Shown one piece after another: positions 40,166 through 55,919 of a stretch of 64,000 nt of DNA; within the stretch, counting starts at the first letter, position 1, and each line of letters begins with the position of its first letter. The DNA lies in NCBI GenBank assembly GCA_951406725.2, contig OX597819.1, positions 66,278,001 through 66,342,000 of the forward strand, given 5' to 3'. The DNA is from Octopus vulgaris (taxonomy: Eukaryota). A program made the position numbers and the translations under genes. A model generated the notes under the pieces. The model had not been told where the DNA came from and did no database searches. It saw only the letters and a list, made by a program, of their open reading frames with translations.

Positions 40166-41524
40166 GGGTGGCTTATTAACAATTTAATAACCCAAAGGCA
40201 AAATTAGAGACACTACTAACGTGACAGAAGGTGCTTAGTATTAACAGCATTGCAAGAAATAAGAGTCAACACGACTCAATAGCACCACCAGCAAATTGCA
40301 GTTTAATTTCACGTGTTGGGGTTCCGTTGATCGCATTCACTGGAACACTCCTTGTCGTACCCAGCAGAATGCCAGTTAGCAAGTTTGGAAGTGGCAGTTA
40401 TACAATAATCGGACAGGATCTCTGTATAGTTTCTAAACCAGGAAACGTCTGACGGCAACAAACACACAAGTATTCGCGACGATATCCAACAATAGGTGAG
40501 TCGGCATTTTCTAATATACTATAACCACTGGCGCATCAATGTACTGTTCGATCCAGCTATCTTTTCTCTACACTGCTTTCAGTATGTCTGATCTTCTAAA
40601 CTCTTTGACTGTTTAACACTAGATGACCTTCAACTTTCGTCGTATCAACCTCCGCACATCGTCACAGCACACATACCCTCTCTAGTTCTTTCTCTTTCAT
40701 TCGCTCCGTCTCATCAGTCCCGCTTATTCTCTCACATTTCTCTGTATTTCCATACTAACTATTTCCCCCACTCCTTCTTTACCGAACATCAAACCGCTTG
40801 GAAAAACTTCACTGCTCACATTTTTAACACGATTACAAATCTAGAAACATCATCCAACGAAAGCTTCACACTAGACAGCAACCATATCAGTAATCAGTGT
40901 AGAATTAAAAAAAAAATATTCTGAAGACTTTTTTTTGTATTTTTGTAGTTTTTGGTTTGTTTTCATCACATTTTAATAAAAGACCAAAGGCAACGATTTA
41001 GCGTGAAGATGTTATGTAATCTTTGAACAATTACATTCTTAATCATCTCCTCATTTAATTTTCGTTCTATGTGATTAATCGATTAATCTTCTTGTTAATA
41101 TACCAAGATTTAGACACTAGCAGCAAATAATACCGATTCCGTTCGGACAAATAATTCTCTGGAAGCAGATTTTTCTGTTTGAAATCGATGCAGATGTTTC
41201 TTTTATCTCTTATTTATAACTGGAATCGGAACTGACAGAGAATAGCATATAATATTAATGGGTGCCAATCTAATTCTTAAAGAGATATGGCCAAGTTCAG
41301 TATGGAGGTTCCAATAACAAAAGGGATGCTAGGTTAACATTTGAGATCAAATCATATACAAACACGAGAGACTGAGAAAAGCGAGAACTCCAAGTTGTTG
41401 TCAGCGGTTTTTTGTAAAACTTTAATAAACATGTACTCTCCTATGAAAACATAAAATATACTGAGTAATTCTTCAGTTTAATAGTAAGTTTTTTTTTTAT
41501 ATCGTGAAACACGAAAATGAACAG

Positions 41525-41564
<40 letters not shown>

Positions 41565-42757
41565 GCGCGCGCATTTCATTTTTTGTTGTTGTTGTTTTTA
41601 AATCTTGATGTAGTCACAATATTTTAAGAAAGATTTTCTGAAAAAGATATGAACAATTTGACAAAGAAATTGCAAAACCAAAATATCATTCGAAAGGAGA
41701 TTTTGTATTGTATGTAAGCCCTTTCTTTAATAATAATATATATACTCTTGGGTATATATATTTATACCCAGGCTAGAAACAAACCCACATATCAACGCTA
41801 ACACGACTCCATGCGTATCCGATTGAGTCAGACACTTATCCATAAATTTCCCTCAAATTGTTTAGATAATGTCGCTTGAATCGGAGTATCTATTGTATAA
41901 TCGGAGTATCTATATTATTATATAGTTATTATTGTTTAAAAAAAGACTTTTGTAGTCGCTCTTTCTCCGTAACATATGAAGCCACTTGGTTCGTTTACAA
42001 ATATATATATATATATCATTCATGCTGTAGATACCTACATATTCATATGGTGGCTGCAATTCGATTTTGAGCAATATCATCGCTTAATTCTATCATCAAA
42101 TTAGCATTGATGCGGCTTTTAAATCCCTCTGGAGATTGACACTCGTTTGCAGAGCTTCTGCAACAACGGGTGCCTTTTGCAGCAAATGTTTAGAGAGATT
42201 AACACCGACGTTAATTAATGCCAGCATTCAATAATGGAAATTTTCATTGAGTGTCTTGCCTTCGTCGCCTACATCTGGCCATAATAAGCGGTATATGATA
42301 AAGATGTTACAAATGGAGTGATTCCTGTGTATGAAGCTTTTCCAAGTGAGGAAACGCTTCGAACAAGCAACATCCCAGTCTTGAAAGAACTTATGAATTT
42401 GCCAAATTAGTGCTTATATAGGGACTAATACACGCAAGACCTTATTCACAAATGCATAACCAACAGCAATCAGAAACTCACGCGTTGAAAGAAAAGGCTT
42501 TTTATTTCAGTTTGGTGTGGAGATAAAAATAAGTTTTCAAAAGGGTGTTAAAACACGGTAATTAGCACAGAGTTCCCTCGATTGTACTAAAATAATGGAC
42601 GCGTTTCCAAATCGGAAACACTTCTTTAGTTCTGTAACGAATTTGAAATAGATCCCTCCCTCTAACACACATACGCACATACAAATGTATACACACACAC
42701 ACACATATATATGTACTTACTTAGATACAAATATATATATGTGTGTGTGTGTGTGTG

Positions 42758-43097
42758 TATAAATTAGAGAAGTACTACCATGTAGCAATTCAACAATGAT
42801 ATACTTAAATCATACCATAGAGAAAAAATTAAAGATACGATAAAACATTTACCTAGAACTAAATAAAGTACGAAATAATAAATAAATCATATATAATTAG
42901 TACTTTATTTAGTTCTAGGTAAATGTTTTATTGTATCTTTAATTTTTTTTCTCTATGGTATGATTTAAGTATATCATTGTTGAATTGCTACATGATGGCT
43001 CTTCTCTAATTTATATACATGTATTATATATTGTGATATTTGATTTAGTATTACTAAATTGAATTTTCCCCCGTAAGTTTGGAATCATATTCCCTAA
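42758..43097. repeat. Fold-back element: arms of about 115 bp, 28 bp spacer, tail of about 78 nt
   Basis: 42758-42871 is the near-perfect reverse complement of 42900-43015. Tail to about 43097, then (TA)n. Confidence 0.92.
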
Positions 43098-43202
<105 letters not shown>

Positions 43203-43934
43203 ACAGAATTATCAGTGAAGGTTTATCATTCCGGGCAAAATACTTTATATGTTCTCTTAGTACACTAGGCTAACAATATGGTTTAGATCAGTAAAAAAAC
43301 AAAAAAACAAAAAAAAAAAAAAAAAACCAAGGCCTTCTTTTGGCAAGGTCTGGAGTTAGAGATTATCATCATTCTATATCGTAAATTTGTGATTGTACTC
43401 CAGTTATACTAGTTCTTACACAGACTGATATACAAGACAACGTATAAATGAAGTCCATTATATATTTTTCCGTTATTGGAATTAATTTGACTTACAGTTG
43501 TTTCCAGTTGTTATTGTAGGTTCATTGTTCATTATTGATAGGTTTACTCAATCCGTCCGTTGATGAGGTGAGAAAACTTGAATGATCTGAAAATTAATGC
43601 TACTTTGGTCCGAGTCATTTCTGGTTATTACAAAGCCGAATACTGATGGAATGGTATCAGTACGGGGTTTGTGTAAAGGGAGGCAATAAGAATCAGCATA
43701 TATTAAGCGGACGAGAGAAAAAGAGGAAAGTAGAAGAGAAGTGATGGTTTGGAAGAGAAGGAAAGAAAGATGGTGAGAAAGGAATGGAAAGAATAAAATG
43801 GGTGTGGATTTCTATAGAAAAGCTGACCAAATCTTTCGCAACCTTCCCATCATAATCTACTTACTGCTAATCTTTCATTCCTTTTCTAATACAATTCTTC
43901 ACTGTGTGATGGTATAAATGATCAAATATTCTTT

Positions 43935-44135
43935 GCTACTCAAGGTACAAGGTCCGAAATTTTTGGAGAGGAGGCCAGTCGATTACATCGACTCAGGATG
44001 CAACTGGTATTTAATTCATCGACCCCGAAAGGATGAAAGGCAAAGTTGACCTCGGCAGAATTTGAACTCAGAACGTAAAGACAGACGAAATACCGCTAAG
44101 CATTTCGCTAGCGTTTCTGCCAGCTCGCCGCCTTA
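43935..44135 (-). mobile_element. SINE family B (tRNA head, Meta-like central domain), near full length
   Basis: Reverse complement of aaggcggcgagctggcagaa...gagttcaaattctgccgaggtcaactttgcctttcatcctttcggggtcgat. Confidence 0.88.
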
Positions 44136-46192
44136 CAAATGAGCAAATACCAAAAATTCAAATTGACCATGTGTGTCAGTGGCCCATATCAAATTTCAAC
44201 TCACTCAATATTTGGAGAATATCTGACTTGAAAACAATGCAGATATTTACGTTTGTGATGATCCAGTTACAAACACGAACGTTTTTATGGTTGTCCTTTC
44301 CTTAATTTTGGCATTTTCTGCTCATTCTTCTATACATGGTTGAGAATAATGTAACTTAATGTATATTAATGAGATGATTATGACTGGATTCCGTTTCATA
44401 AGTTTATAAGCTATAAGATACATAATGAGGACAGGGAGGGCGCTTTATATGTATACATTTGCAAGTAGCTACACAATTTAAGAATTTATTTATTGTAACA
44501 ATAATAAATTTAAAATTATAAGTTCAATGGAAAGTATGAATAATATTAAATGTGGGCATAGGAGTAGCGTAGGATAATTCAGAGAAGAGTGTAGAAGATG
44601 AGGAATAGATTGGTGCACAACGAATTTAATTGAATTAAACTTATTCGGCATATAATGTGTCTCTAGCCTATGTATGTGAGAACTGTGTGGGGAGCCTCAA
44701 AGAGCTACATTTAGATATTTGATAAAATCGGAATATTTTGACGAATCTATGGCACATGGGCACAATTTGGTTCAGTGTTGTGGTAGATTATGTAACAATA
44801 TGTTTATAGACTCTTTTCAGCGTAACTAACATGGGGGTTTTTCTTCCATGGTTTAATACTCCAGTGTAGCTGAATGGCCAAATAATATTATTTGGCACCT
44901 AATTTATATATTTGAGCTTATGTATGCAGTTAGCTAGTGAGATAAACTTAGTGTATCTAAAAGAAGTAAAAAGTCTCAGATGAGATGTGTAGACATGTAT
45001 ATAGGTATAGACACATGTATATAAATGAAAGCGAGAATAAAATTAACGTTTCTAAAAGTGTTGTTTTCTTTTTTTTCCTTTGTATTGTACATTATGTATG
45101 CGCGCTAATACATACATACGGACATGCATACAGACATACATATACTTCTGGGTGGATGGAGTCATGGAGCAACCTCCAAAATGGTGAAAAGTAAGGGAAC
45201 CAAACGAGACATACGTGCTTGAAAGAATGTATGTACAAATATTTAAATACTGTTCTTGAATTTTAGTTAAGAACGGTACGAACATTTGTTCCAACCTATA
45301 TTTAAAAGGAAAAAGCATCCCTTTTTTTTAACAGTCGTTAATTTTAATCTCGCTATTTAAAATAATGTATATATCATACACACATATAGACACACACTCA
45401 CACTTACAAACAGACACACACATACACCTGCACACACATGCTCGGATATATACACATGCATACATACACATACATAATATTTCTTCGTTGGTTAAGCGTT
45501 CCGTTTTGTTCTTTACACTTCAAAATAATTTTCCTGTCTTATCCCATATAATGCTTTAGCTTAACACATTATCTAAATCGAATTAGCCATTATTGCTTTA
45601 CTAATCGCATTAAAACTGCTTCCTTCTTTCCATTCAAACCCAATTACATAATCTACCAAATGTATGAATCCGGATTTTTATTTTTTTTATGTACACCTTC
45701 CGAAGACATCAATAAGATTAAGCAACGTTGATGTATACTCCTTTTCATTTCCCCTTACCTAAGCAAATATCTATCAGTTGAACGCTGTATGCTTTGGAAG
45801 ACGCATTATATGCATAGCTAAATTACACACACACACATGCGCGCTCGCACAAACACACATATGTAGTTTGGGGACTTAGTTTGCAGGATTCTTGATGTGT
45901 ACTCCTGTTCAAACAGATTCTGCAATGTCCCGGGAGGGTCATTATTCTGATAATGAATACATGCACTGGTTATACTTCACTTTTTATGTAAGTTATTTCG
46001 TTGGCATTTAGCCATTTAAGTAATTGATCGGTTGATTAATCGTTCGTTCAATCAATCATTCAATGAAGTTGGTTAAAGTTCTTACGTCGACATTCATGAC
46101 TTCACCAATGGCGTGCCCTTTGTACTCTAGATGTACTTAATGCCTGTTTTCTTAATATTATATCAGCGTTCCTAAATAGATAGATAGAGAGT

Positions 46193-46223
<31 letters not shown>

Positions 46224-46496
46224 TTACACACACTCATTTTTATCTGGTTCCCAAAGCATCAAGTGCCGAAAATTAACTTTCGTATCTTCCATTTTAAAGG
46301 GTTACAGAATTAACAGTTTATAGGAACATAAATCTTCTTCCACGAAAAGATAGCTTAAACTGTGCTCTAAATGGGGGTGTAGTCAAATCCTATTTTATAG
46401 ACTAAACCATATCCTAAAATAAGTCGAAAGGTATGCTACTATAAATCGGCACGAACTTTCTGGACAATCAAATACATGCGTGCACACACACACACT

Positions 46497-46550
<54 letters not shown>

Positions 46551-47894
46551 AAGACGCACAGAGATATACATACATACATATATGGATGGATAACAAATAT
46601 TCTTATATGCCTGCATATTTATACATATCCATATGTCTATACATACATACCTATAAGGTACTAACTGGCACGCATAATTCCCACACCAACCGTGACGTAG
46701 ACCGCCTCTTCCTAAAATGAAAACAAGGTGTCAGAGATTTAATATCGATCCAGATACTTTTGAATGTCGTATCATTCCAGCTACACAGTGGAGTCGATGT
46801 AATCGATTTAATCCGTTCTTCTGTCCTTGTTTGTCGCCTCTGTATTTAGCACCTTGTGGGCAGTAAAGAAATAAGAAACTGACGGGGATAGTTCAAATTC
46901 AATCTCTTAATGGCACAGTGAAGATTTGTAAGACATTCTAGAGATTCTCTAACAGATTCTTTAGTTGAATAGATACACATATGTATGAGTGTGTGCATCG
47001 ACAGACAGCTCAACCGACACACCAACTTAACCACATATTTACAAACATCGTGAACTCTCTTAACTCAAAGAAACCATGTCGCTTTGTTAGCGACCGACTT
47101 GAACTCTCTTAAGAAGTTAAATAAAATTCAAAGGAAAAATATACACACATACATAAATGAATATGCATATATCCTGTTCCTATTTACTTCTGGCAGTCGG
47201 TTGATCTATTGTGAAATACGAAATCGAACAGACGGTGAATACATGAACAATGTAAAGTTAAAAATAAAACGTTTACATGGTATATATCGAACATATATAG
47301 AACTTTACCAAATAATACTCTAAAATAAATGGCATGTCAGTGCAGTATTAACAAATAATGCATTTCTCAATATATATCGCCTGGAGTATTTAGCTTTTTC
47401 GATTGGTGGTCTGCTTTATTATTTTCACAATGCAGATATACACGTGGGAAGGAAAATCCGTTGTCAAATCTGTTTCATAGATTTGTCATTCAAGTCAATT
47501 TCTGACAGCAGGTGGACAATTTTTTTTTCTGCTCAGTATTCGAACCCATTCTATCTTGTGTAAGGTGTTCTCCGGCATCATTTATATGGATCCTCGATTT
47601 ATTTTCTTCCTGTATAATCATATATTCGCCTCTGGCAATATGGTAGGTATTGCTTCAGAGACGACTTGCGAACAACTTTCAAGACTGAAATTTTACAGAA
47701 ATTTCAGATGCGTAAGAAACACATATTTCGTGTAAAGAAAGAAAGAACGTTTGTGAAATGGTTTCTATTATTCTAGGATTAACATTCTGATTTCAAATCT
47801 TGCTGAGGCCAGTTTTGTTATTTATCCTTCGGGAGTCAATAGCATAAAGCAGCATTTAAGATGTTGTCGAAGTCGTTCCCACAAAATGACTATA

Positions 47895-48117
47895 TACAGT
47901 AATCCCACGTCATATCGCGGTTCACCTATTGCAGCAGTTAACCTTTTAAACTTACGTCGATTCCTCCATGGTGGTGTTTTGCATTAATTATAAAATAAAT
48001 ATAAACAAATTATAAATATAACAAAATATATATACAGTACAGTACTGTTTGTACTTCGCAGATTTTCACGGTGGGGTTTTGGAACGTAACAAGCGCGATA
48101 GTCGAGGGATTACTGTA
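47895..48117. mobile_element. Tigger/pogo-like MITE
   Basis: TA-cagtaatccc...atcgcg and cgcgat...gggattactg-TA terminal inverted repeats with TA target site. Confidence 0.85.
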
Positions 48118-48165
48118 CAAAAGAAACAAATTATAGGACCCATATATATCAGTATATATACATAT

Positions 48166-48239
<74 letters not shown>

Positions 48240-48244
48240 TATAT

Positions 48245-48313
<69 letters not shown>

Positions 48314-49989
48314 TATATATATGCGGGTGTGTATGTATGTATATGTATGTGTATATAAGCACGCAATAATTGAGTATCAGCCACATTGAACTCATTATAT
48401 GCATTGTAGATTTTCAATATTAATTTAGTAAAACTTGTAAAGAGACTCTACTAAAATGCCTGTTTCATTCATATAGATGTGTGTAAGTATGCATGTATGT
48501 GTATGTGCGTGTTTGTACTTCTCTATTTGCATGCGATTGTGCTTGTGTGGCGATTTCTGTGCCTGGATGTACTTCTCTACGTTACGTTCATGTATACATA
48601 CATATTTACATTAATACACACATACTTGTAAGTATATTTTTTTATACATATAAGTATATTATATATATATATATATATAAAATAGCATGTGTTGACGTGT
48701 ACACCTGTTTCGTACACACCTTACTTCACTTTCTTTGATGTGTAAAATTCGAAGGAATGTTCGTTGTGCATATCACTCGTACAATCAGACCATTCTCTCT
48801 GAACCATACCATAAGATATAGATAAACTGTAACTTAAAATAGCGCTATTCATTGAGGCAGACTGAGGATCACAGATAACCACTTGCTATCACCAATGGAC
48901 CGGAATGTATGTTATCTATGTTACTATTTTCAGTTCTCTTTAAATTTTTGTTTCATATATTTTTATTGATTATTCCTTAGAAACATGGAATATTCTGGAA
49001 ACCAACATTTACCATGACCATTACACTTTAGTATTTCTAATTTTAAATGTTCTTGTTGGTTATTTTTTTTCCACTAATTTTTCTCTGTTTATGCAGTTTT
49101 TTTCATGTATATATTTTTCTTGTTGACTTATCTTTTCGTTTTCTTTTATAACTACACATAGACGTAAATCCGTATGTATCTGTATGTGTACATATATATT
49201 TTTGTGTTTGCATGAGTGTGTGTGTGTTTGTGCCTGTGTTTGTCTATGTGTCTGAACAACGTATAATTTTGCTCAAATTATTAAAATATACAGAGCTCAA
49301 TAGACAATTGAAGATAACGTGTTTGAATGCAAAGTGCGAGTTTCGCATCACGGTTTTTAACACTTTCTTGTGGAACGGAGTTACAATATTTAGATCAGTC
49401 CCTTTATTTATGCTAAGTTCCGGAAAAGAAATATTTTGAAAGAATAGAAAACAAATAATAAATAAAAAATACAAAACAATAAAATAAAGAATGTTTTGAA
49501 TTATAATGTGTAACCACTTGAATGTTGATTTGAGTTATTTCGATTTAACTGTATGAAAGAACTCTGGAGTTATTGTAAGGAAAAAGCAAAGAAAAGAAAG
49601 TGATCAACTTGACAAAAGATATGACAGAGAATATACTTAGGAGGTACATGTAACAAATTTATCACCCAACAAGAAATAGCGCAAAGCATAAATGAAAGAG
49701 AAAAGAAAAAGAAGTGAAATGTTAAAACATTGAAATATGAGAAATGTTAAAAATAAGGTGCAGAAGTATGCATATGGCGATATGTATGCGTGATTTTATA
49801 TGTCTTTTGAGAAGAGATGTCAGATAAAAGTTATATAGTTCAGGTATGCAGCAGATGTTTCTGATAGTAACTGCACTTTCCGAAAGTTTCTGCACTGCTC
49901 TTCAAATAGAGATAATGGATAAATATTTTTTAAGTAGTTCTCTCTTTTTTTCTGATGTTCAAATATCACATCATTCCTTTCCATTTGTA

Positions 49990-50130
49990 CAGGGGCAGCT
50001 GATAAGGGGAATATTCCTTGTATTGTTTGTCTTGTACTCTGTTTTTTCGTTGTTAAAAAAGTCCGTTTCCTTGTCTGTTTTTATGTTTTCGTTTCTTGTT
50101 GTGTTCTACGTTTATTTGTGGTGTCCTGTG

Positions 50131-50182
<52 letters not shown>

Positions 50183-50419
50183 TGTATATATACATATAGA
50201 TGTAGATATGTACATATATGTATGTTTGTATATGTTTTATTTGTTAAATTGTTATTATATGATTGATCGCCTCACGTCACTTTCTTCTTATTTCTCCAAG
50301 TAAGTTTTTATTAATAATTATGACGCGTACTCTTTAACTCTTTACTTGACTTTTCCTTCCTGCCTATCTGTCTTCCTCTCTACCCGTCTCTCTCCTTATT
50401 TTTCACCTTTTCTGGTTTC

Positions 50420-50458
<39 letters not shown>

Positions 50459-50945
50459 TCCTCTCTCTGGCCGCTGACCGGACTACTAAACTTCCTTTCG
50501 CTCGCTGATTTCAACAAGTGAACATCGACTTTCTTCTGTTTCTAGCAAGTCGATCTTCTGAATTGCGTTCCAACGAATTTTTCTACCGTCTAGGCTTAAA
50601 AGAGCCCTTAATGTTGGTTTCCTTGTCCTGTTTTTATTCTTTATGTATACTGTATTTTTAATTATTTGTATTGCTTTTACGTCCTGTTCTTGTCACTTTT
50701 TTTTTACGCTTCTGAAAAAGAATTTTATTTAATTCATTTTGCAGGAAGGATTGCTTCGGCCGGATCGTGTTCTGCCCTTACCTTCGAAACACGCATTGAA
50801 TCGAACCAGGGGCAGCTGATGAAGGGGAATATTCGTTGCATTGTTTGTCTTGTACTCTGTTTTTCGTTGTTAAAAAATACCGTTTCTTTGTTTGTTTTTT
50901 ATGTTTTCGTTTCTCGTTGTGTTCTACGTTTATTTGTGGTGTCCT

Positions 50946-51013
<68 letters not shown>

Positions 51014-51139
51014 TGTATATATACATATAGATGTAGGTATGTACATATATGTATGTATGCATATGTTTTATTTGTTAAATTGTTATTATATGATTGATCG
51101 CTTCGCGTGACTTTCTTCTTATTTCTCCAAGTAAGTTTT

Positions 51140-51143
<4 letters not shown>
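49990..51143. repeat. Direct repeats of about 320-335 bp (49990-50312, 50807-51143) around a core of about 500 bp
   Basis: Both start caggggcagctgat..aggggaatattc and end ctttcttcttatttctccaagtaagttttt, each with an internal (TA)n. Confidence 0.9.
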
Positions 51144-51199
<56 letters not shown>

Positions 51200-51396
51200 T
51201 AACGTTAGAGAATGGATCATATGATTGACTATGAAATTCCCGTCGTGGCTATGAGGTCGCGGGTTCGATCTGACGCAAAACCTAAGACTGACATAACACC
51301 TATTGATAAATTTAGTTTGATGAACTAGTTTGTTTAGTTTTAAACAAATTTAGTTTGATGAGTACACGGGTCTGTGTGTGCATATGTAAGTACGTA

Positions 51397-51491
<95 letters not shown>

Positions 51492-51807
51492 GTACATACA
51501 TATATATACGTACATACATATAAACACACAGACTCGTGCACTCACGTACACATGCATATTTATACACACACGCATAAAACTACACGCATATCTTTAAAGG
51601 TATATATATATATATATTGTACATCACTGTATTCCTTGGTTTATTCTTATTTGTTTTTACTGTTACTTAGTTGGATGTACGAGCAAATTAGTTTAGTTAA
51701 TTTTTTGAAGAATATAATCAAGGTTTTCTTTTTTATTCTTCTGGTAATGAACAGCCTTCGGCATCTTTCATTAGATTCATGATTGGGAAGTTGTGAAGTG
51801 AGAATTC

Positions 51808-51839
<32 letters not shown>

Positions 51840-52175
51840 ATGTATGTATCTATGTATATGTGTGTGTGTATGTATGTGTGTGTATATATATGTATGTACG
51901 TATGCATATGTATATATATAAAGTAGAATATAATTATGTAAGAGATAGGTGGGGCGAAGTGGAAAGAATCATTGGTAGAGTGAGAAAGGAAAAATACAAA
52001 AATAAAACTTAAATGAGATTAAAATGTGAAGAACGATAATAAGAGGAGTGATGCAAGGAAAAGAAAAGAGAGATTTTAGAATCTAATTGTAGAAAGAGTA
52101 AGAAATAGGGAATGACGACAGAGATAGAGCGGAGAGGAGAACTCAGGAACCAAGTTATGAAAAAAGAAAGAGAGA

Positions 52176-52236
<61 letters not shown>

Positions 52237-52363
52237 CAGGATAAATGTAAAATGTGACTGAAGGAAAGCGATACAGAAAGTGAGAAAGCGAAATAGAGGA
52301 CACGATACTAGGGAACAAAAAGGAATGGATCTAAGGTGTGAGATAGATAGATAGATAGATAGG

Positions 52364-52414
<51 letters not shown>

Positions 52415-52418
52415 GTAG

Positions 52419-52485
<67 letters not shown>

Positions 52486-52498
52486 CAGAAAGAGAGGT

Positions 52499-52535
<37 letters not shown>

Positions 52536-52891
52536 GAGATAGAGAGATAGATAGATAGTGAGAGAGAGAGAGAGATGGAGAGGAGAAAAAGAGATAGCTT
52601 TACAAAGGTGAACAATATCCTGAGAGTGAGAAGGAAAGAGGAGAGGAAGGAAAAACAGAAAAGGGAATGAACACTGATAGAGAGTAAGGATGAGAAAGAA
52701 AAAGAGAATGAGAGGATAAGGAAGAGATAAGTAAAAATATAATGAGTGTTAGTAACTGAATGTTTAAAAGAAAGGCTGTTTCGAAAGAAGAGACAATGAG
52801 TTTGGCTGCAATGAAATAGAATGTGAGCCAGAGAGAGAGAGAGAGAGAGAGCAAACGAGAGAATAGTAAGGAGAGAGAGAGAGGAATATAG

Positions 52892-52944
<53 letters not shown>

Positions 52945-53915
52945 CAAACAGACAAGCAGAAACACACACACATAGAGACGGGGAAAAATGGTAGTGGATG
53001 GAAAAGAAAGGCAGACATTAACAATAGAAATGTAAATAGAAATGGTAGACGTGAAAGAAGGACAGACAAATAGACAGACAGACAGATAGACAGAAGTAAT
53101 AATTAGATATAGAAATAAATATAGGAAAAAGAAAGAAAAAAATTAGAAATGGATAAAAAAAGGCGAAGAAAAAGAAAAGACTCAGAAGGCGAATAAAACC
53201 GAAGTTGTACAAAGGAACAAACAAAATTTCTAACATAGATTATTTTTGTTCTGCTTTTTGATTGAAGTCGAAACCGTCACTTTAATTTCCAGAACCACTT
53301 ATTTACTGTGTCCCATTGTTTTTCAGTAGAATATTTTATACATTTTTAATAATTTATTTAAATGGTTGTTGAGTCGTTCAAAGAGGAAATTGCCACGGAA
53401 TCCAACATTGAAGCTAAGTTGTAATGGAGGAAAAGTCATTCTCCATATTGTTTTTTCTTCTTTTACTTTACGTTTTATGTTAGGTTCAAACTCCTCAATG
53501 AGTCACTAGTCTTCACCAATCTCTTTAATTGGTTTGGTTTCTCTCTAACCTCTCTCTACTGTTTCGCATTTTCATCTCTCTTTTTTTCAATCTCTCACTT
53601 TCTCTCTCTACTCTTTTCTCATCTGTCTTTCCAACATACGATCTATCTCTTACATACACACTCACACACTCTAGTACCTGTGAGTGAAGCAATACGCCAT
53701 CACACATACACACACTCACACAAACATACATACACAAATATATATGCACAAGTATATCCGCGCTTAGACACACGCATATAAAGACAGACAGATAGATATA
53801 TCATAGCTAGATAAACACATCTATATTAGCATACATATCCGTGGGCATATCTATGAGTGTCTGTATTAATAAACGTGTTTTTTATGTATGTACATCTGTA
53901 TATCTATATAGCTAT

Positions 53916-53977
<62 letters not shown>

Positions 53978-54641
53978 ATATATATATATATCCATCTATC
54001 TATCTATCTTTCTCTATCTCTATATGTGCGTGTATATACACGCACGTACACACATACATATATACACGGTCGTGTATAACACACACACACACACACACGC
54101 CATGCTTATTCAAAAATCTTTAAAGGCTCTTTTTGCCTTTCCACAAATCCCTTGTATTTGATCAGGCTAAAAATATGATTATACAACTTCAGTGCAATAC
54201 CGCCACAGAGTACAATCATTCGCACTTCTATTCCTATGATTTCATTATGACCGAGTCGATGTCCCTTATAAAAGATGAAATTCATATTGTGATACATCTT
54301 TGTGTTTTAGAGCGCTCTTCTCTAAGTTTTCCCTATTATTTCGGCATTTAATATTTACTGTCCCCCTAATTATAATTACGTATTGAAGTTTCCTTAATAC
54401 CATAATTAACCGACCGCCATTTTGTATTTCGTTACATATTACTGATTACCTTAATAGGTGGGCAGAGGGAAACATATACGAATAAGGCGATATTTTAATA
54501 CCTCTCCTAACTACCTATATATCGATCTGTTTTTCAATCTATATATCTATCTATCTATCTTTCTATCTCTACCTCTCTTTGTTTGTTTGTTTGTTTCTTT
54601 GTTTTTTTTCTTTCTTTCTATCTATCAATCTATCTATCTAC

Positions 54642-54729
<88 letters not shown>

Positions 54730-55919
54730 GTCTATCTATGTTCTATCTTCCAATCTGTCTACTTACTTACCCACCTACCTATCTACCTACCTACCTACCT
54801 ACCTACCTACCTACCTACCTACCGTCCAATCTGCCTGCCTGCCTACCAACGGACCTACCTATATCTATCTGTTTCTCTCTCTATCTCTACCTCTCTTTCT
54901 ATCTATCTATCTATCTATCCACCCATCTTCATTTCTTTCACTTTTTCACCCATCTATCCATCCATCCATCCATCTAGCAATATTGAAAGTAGAAAACAAA
55001 GAGACATCTATTTACAAAAACATTGAAGAGAATAAAAGCGACCCCATTTCTTCACAAACCGATCCCCAAAGTAACACCTAAACCAGCCCCCAAACCAGCC
55101 CCGAAATCAACCCTCAAAGCAGCCATCAATCTATCTAGAATTGCCACATTTACAGCATCAATTTGAGGTAACCCTTCCGCGGACATACAAACCTAGAAAT
55201 AGCAGCCACGCCTCCCGACTGCCTGAGATCACGCTACTTCTAATTCAGACAAGAAATATCATATTAGAAAATCTAGTCATGGCTATACATTTAAAATAGG
55301 TTGTTCACGGCTGGAAAAACGTTGTTCATAGAACTGCTCAATCAGAACCGACCCGGGGTTACACAACAGAAATCAAATACAAAACAAACGTCTTTCTTTA
55401 ATATCGTACAACATGCTTAGCTAACAACGCCACCATCAGCAATGCTATCATCGCCAACGCCAAAACTGCCAGCAATAATGATAACAACAACAACAACAAC
55501 CACAATATCAACATAAACACTCGCTGCAACAACAAATACAACTGGTATATTATCGTGGCTAACTACACCACAAATAAGATTTGCAAAAAAAAATAAACAT
55601 TAGCTTTATCAACAATAAACATTGAGAAATCTTCACTTAATACAACAACAACAATAAAAATGACAGAGCAACAACAAAAATAACAAGGATAATATATCAT
55701 CTTGACTACTTACAACAAGAGCAACAACAACAGCAACAGCAGCAGTAGTAGCAGCATCAGCATCGAGTGTACTAAATGGAGAGAAATATAAAACAAAATC
55801 TTAATACAACAAAATTAAATTTTCCTTTCGGAATTTTCTCGATCTTAAAGGTTGAAGAATGATCAAAGTGACATGGAAAAATCTTACGATCTCAATTATG
55901 TGTTAGCTTGTGGCAATGC

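Noticed and set aside
40231-40452. Possible host exon in non-repetitive sequence
   Set aside because: Short ORF with no recognisable domain or convincing splice context.
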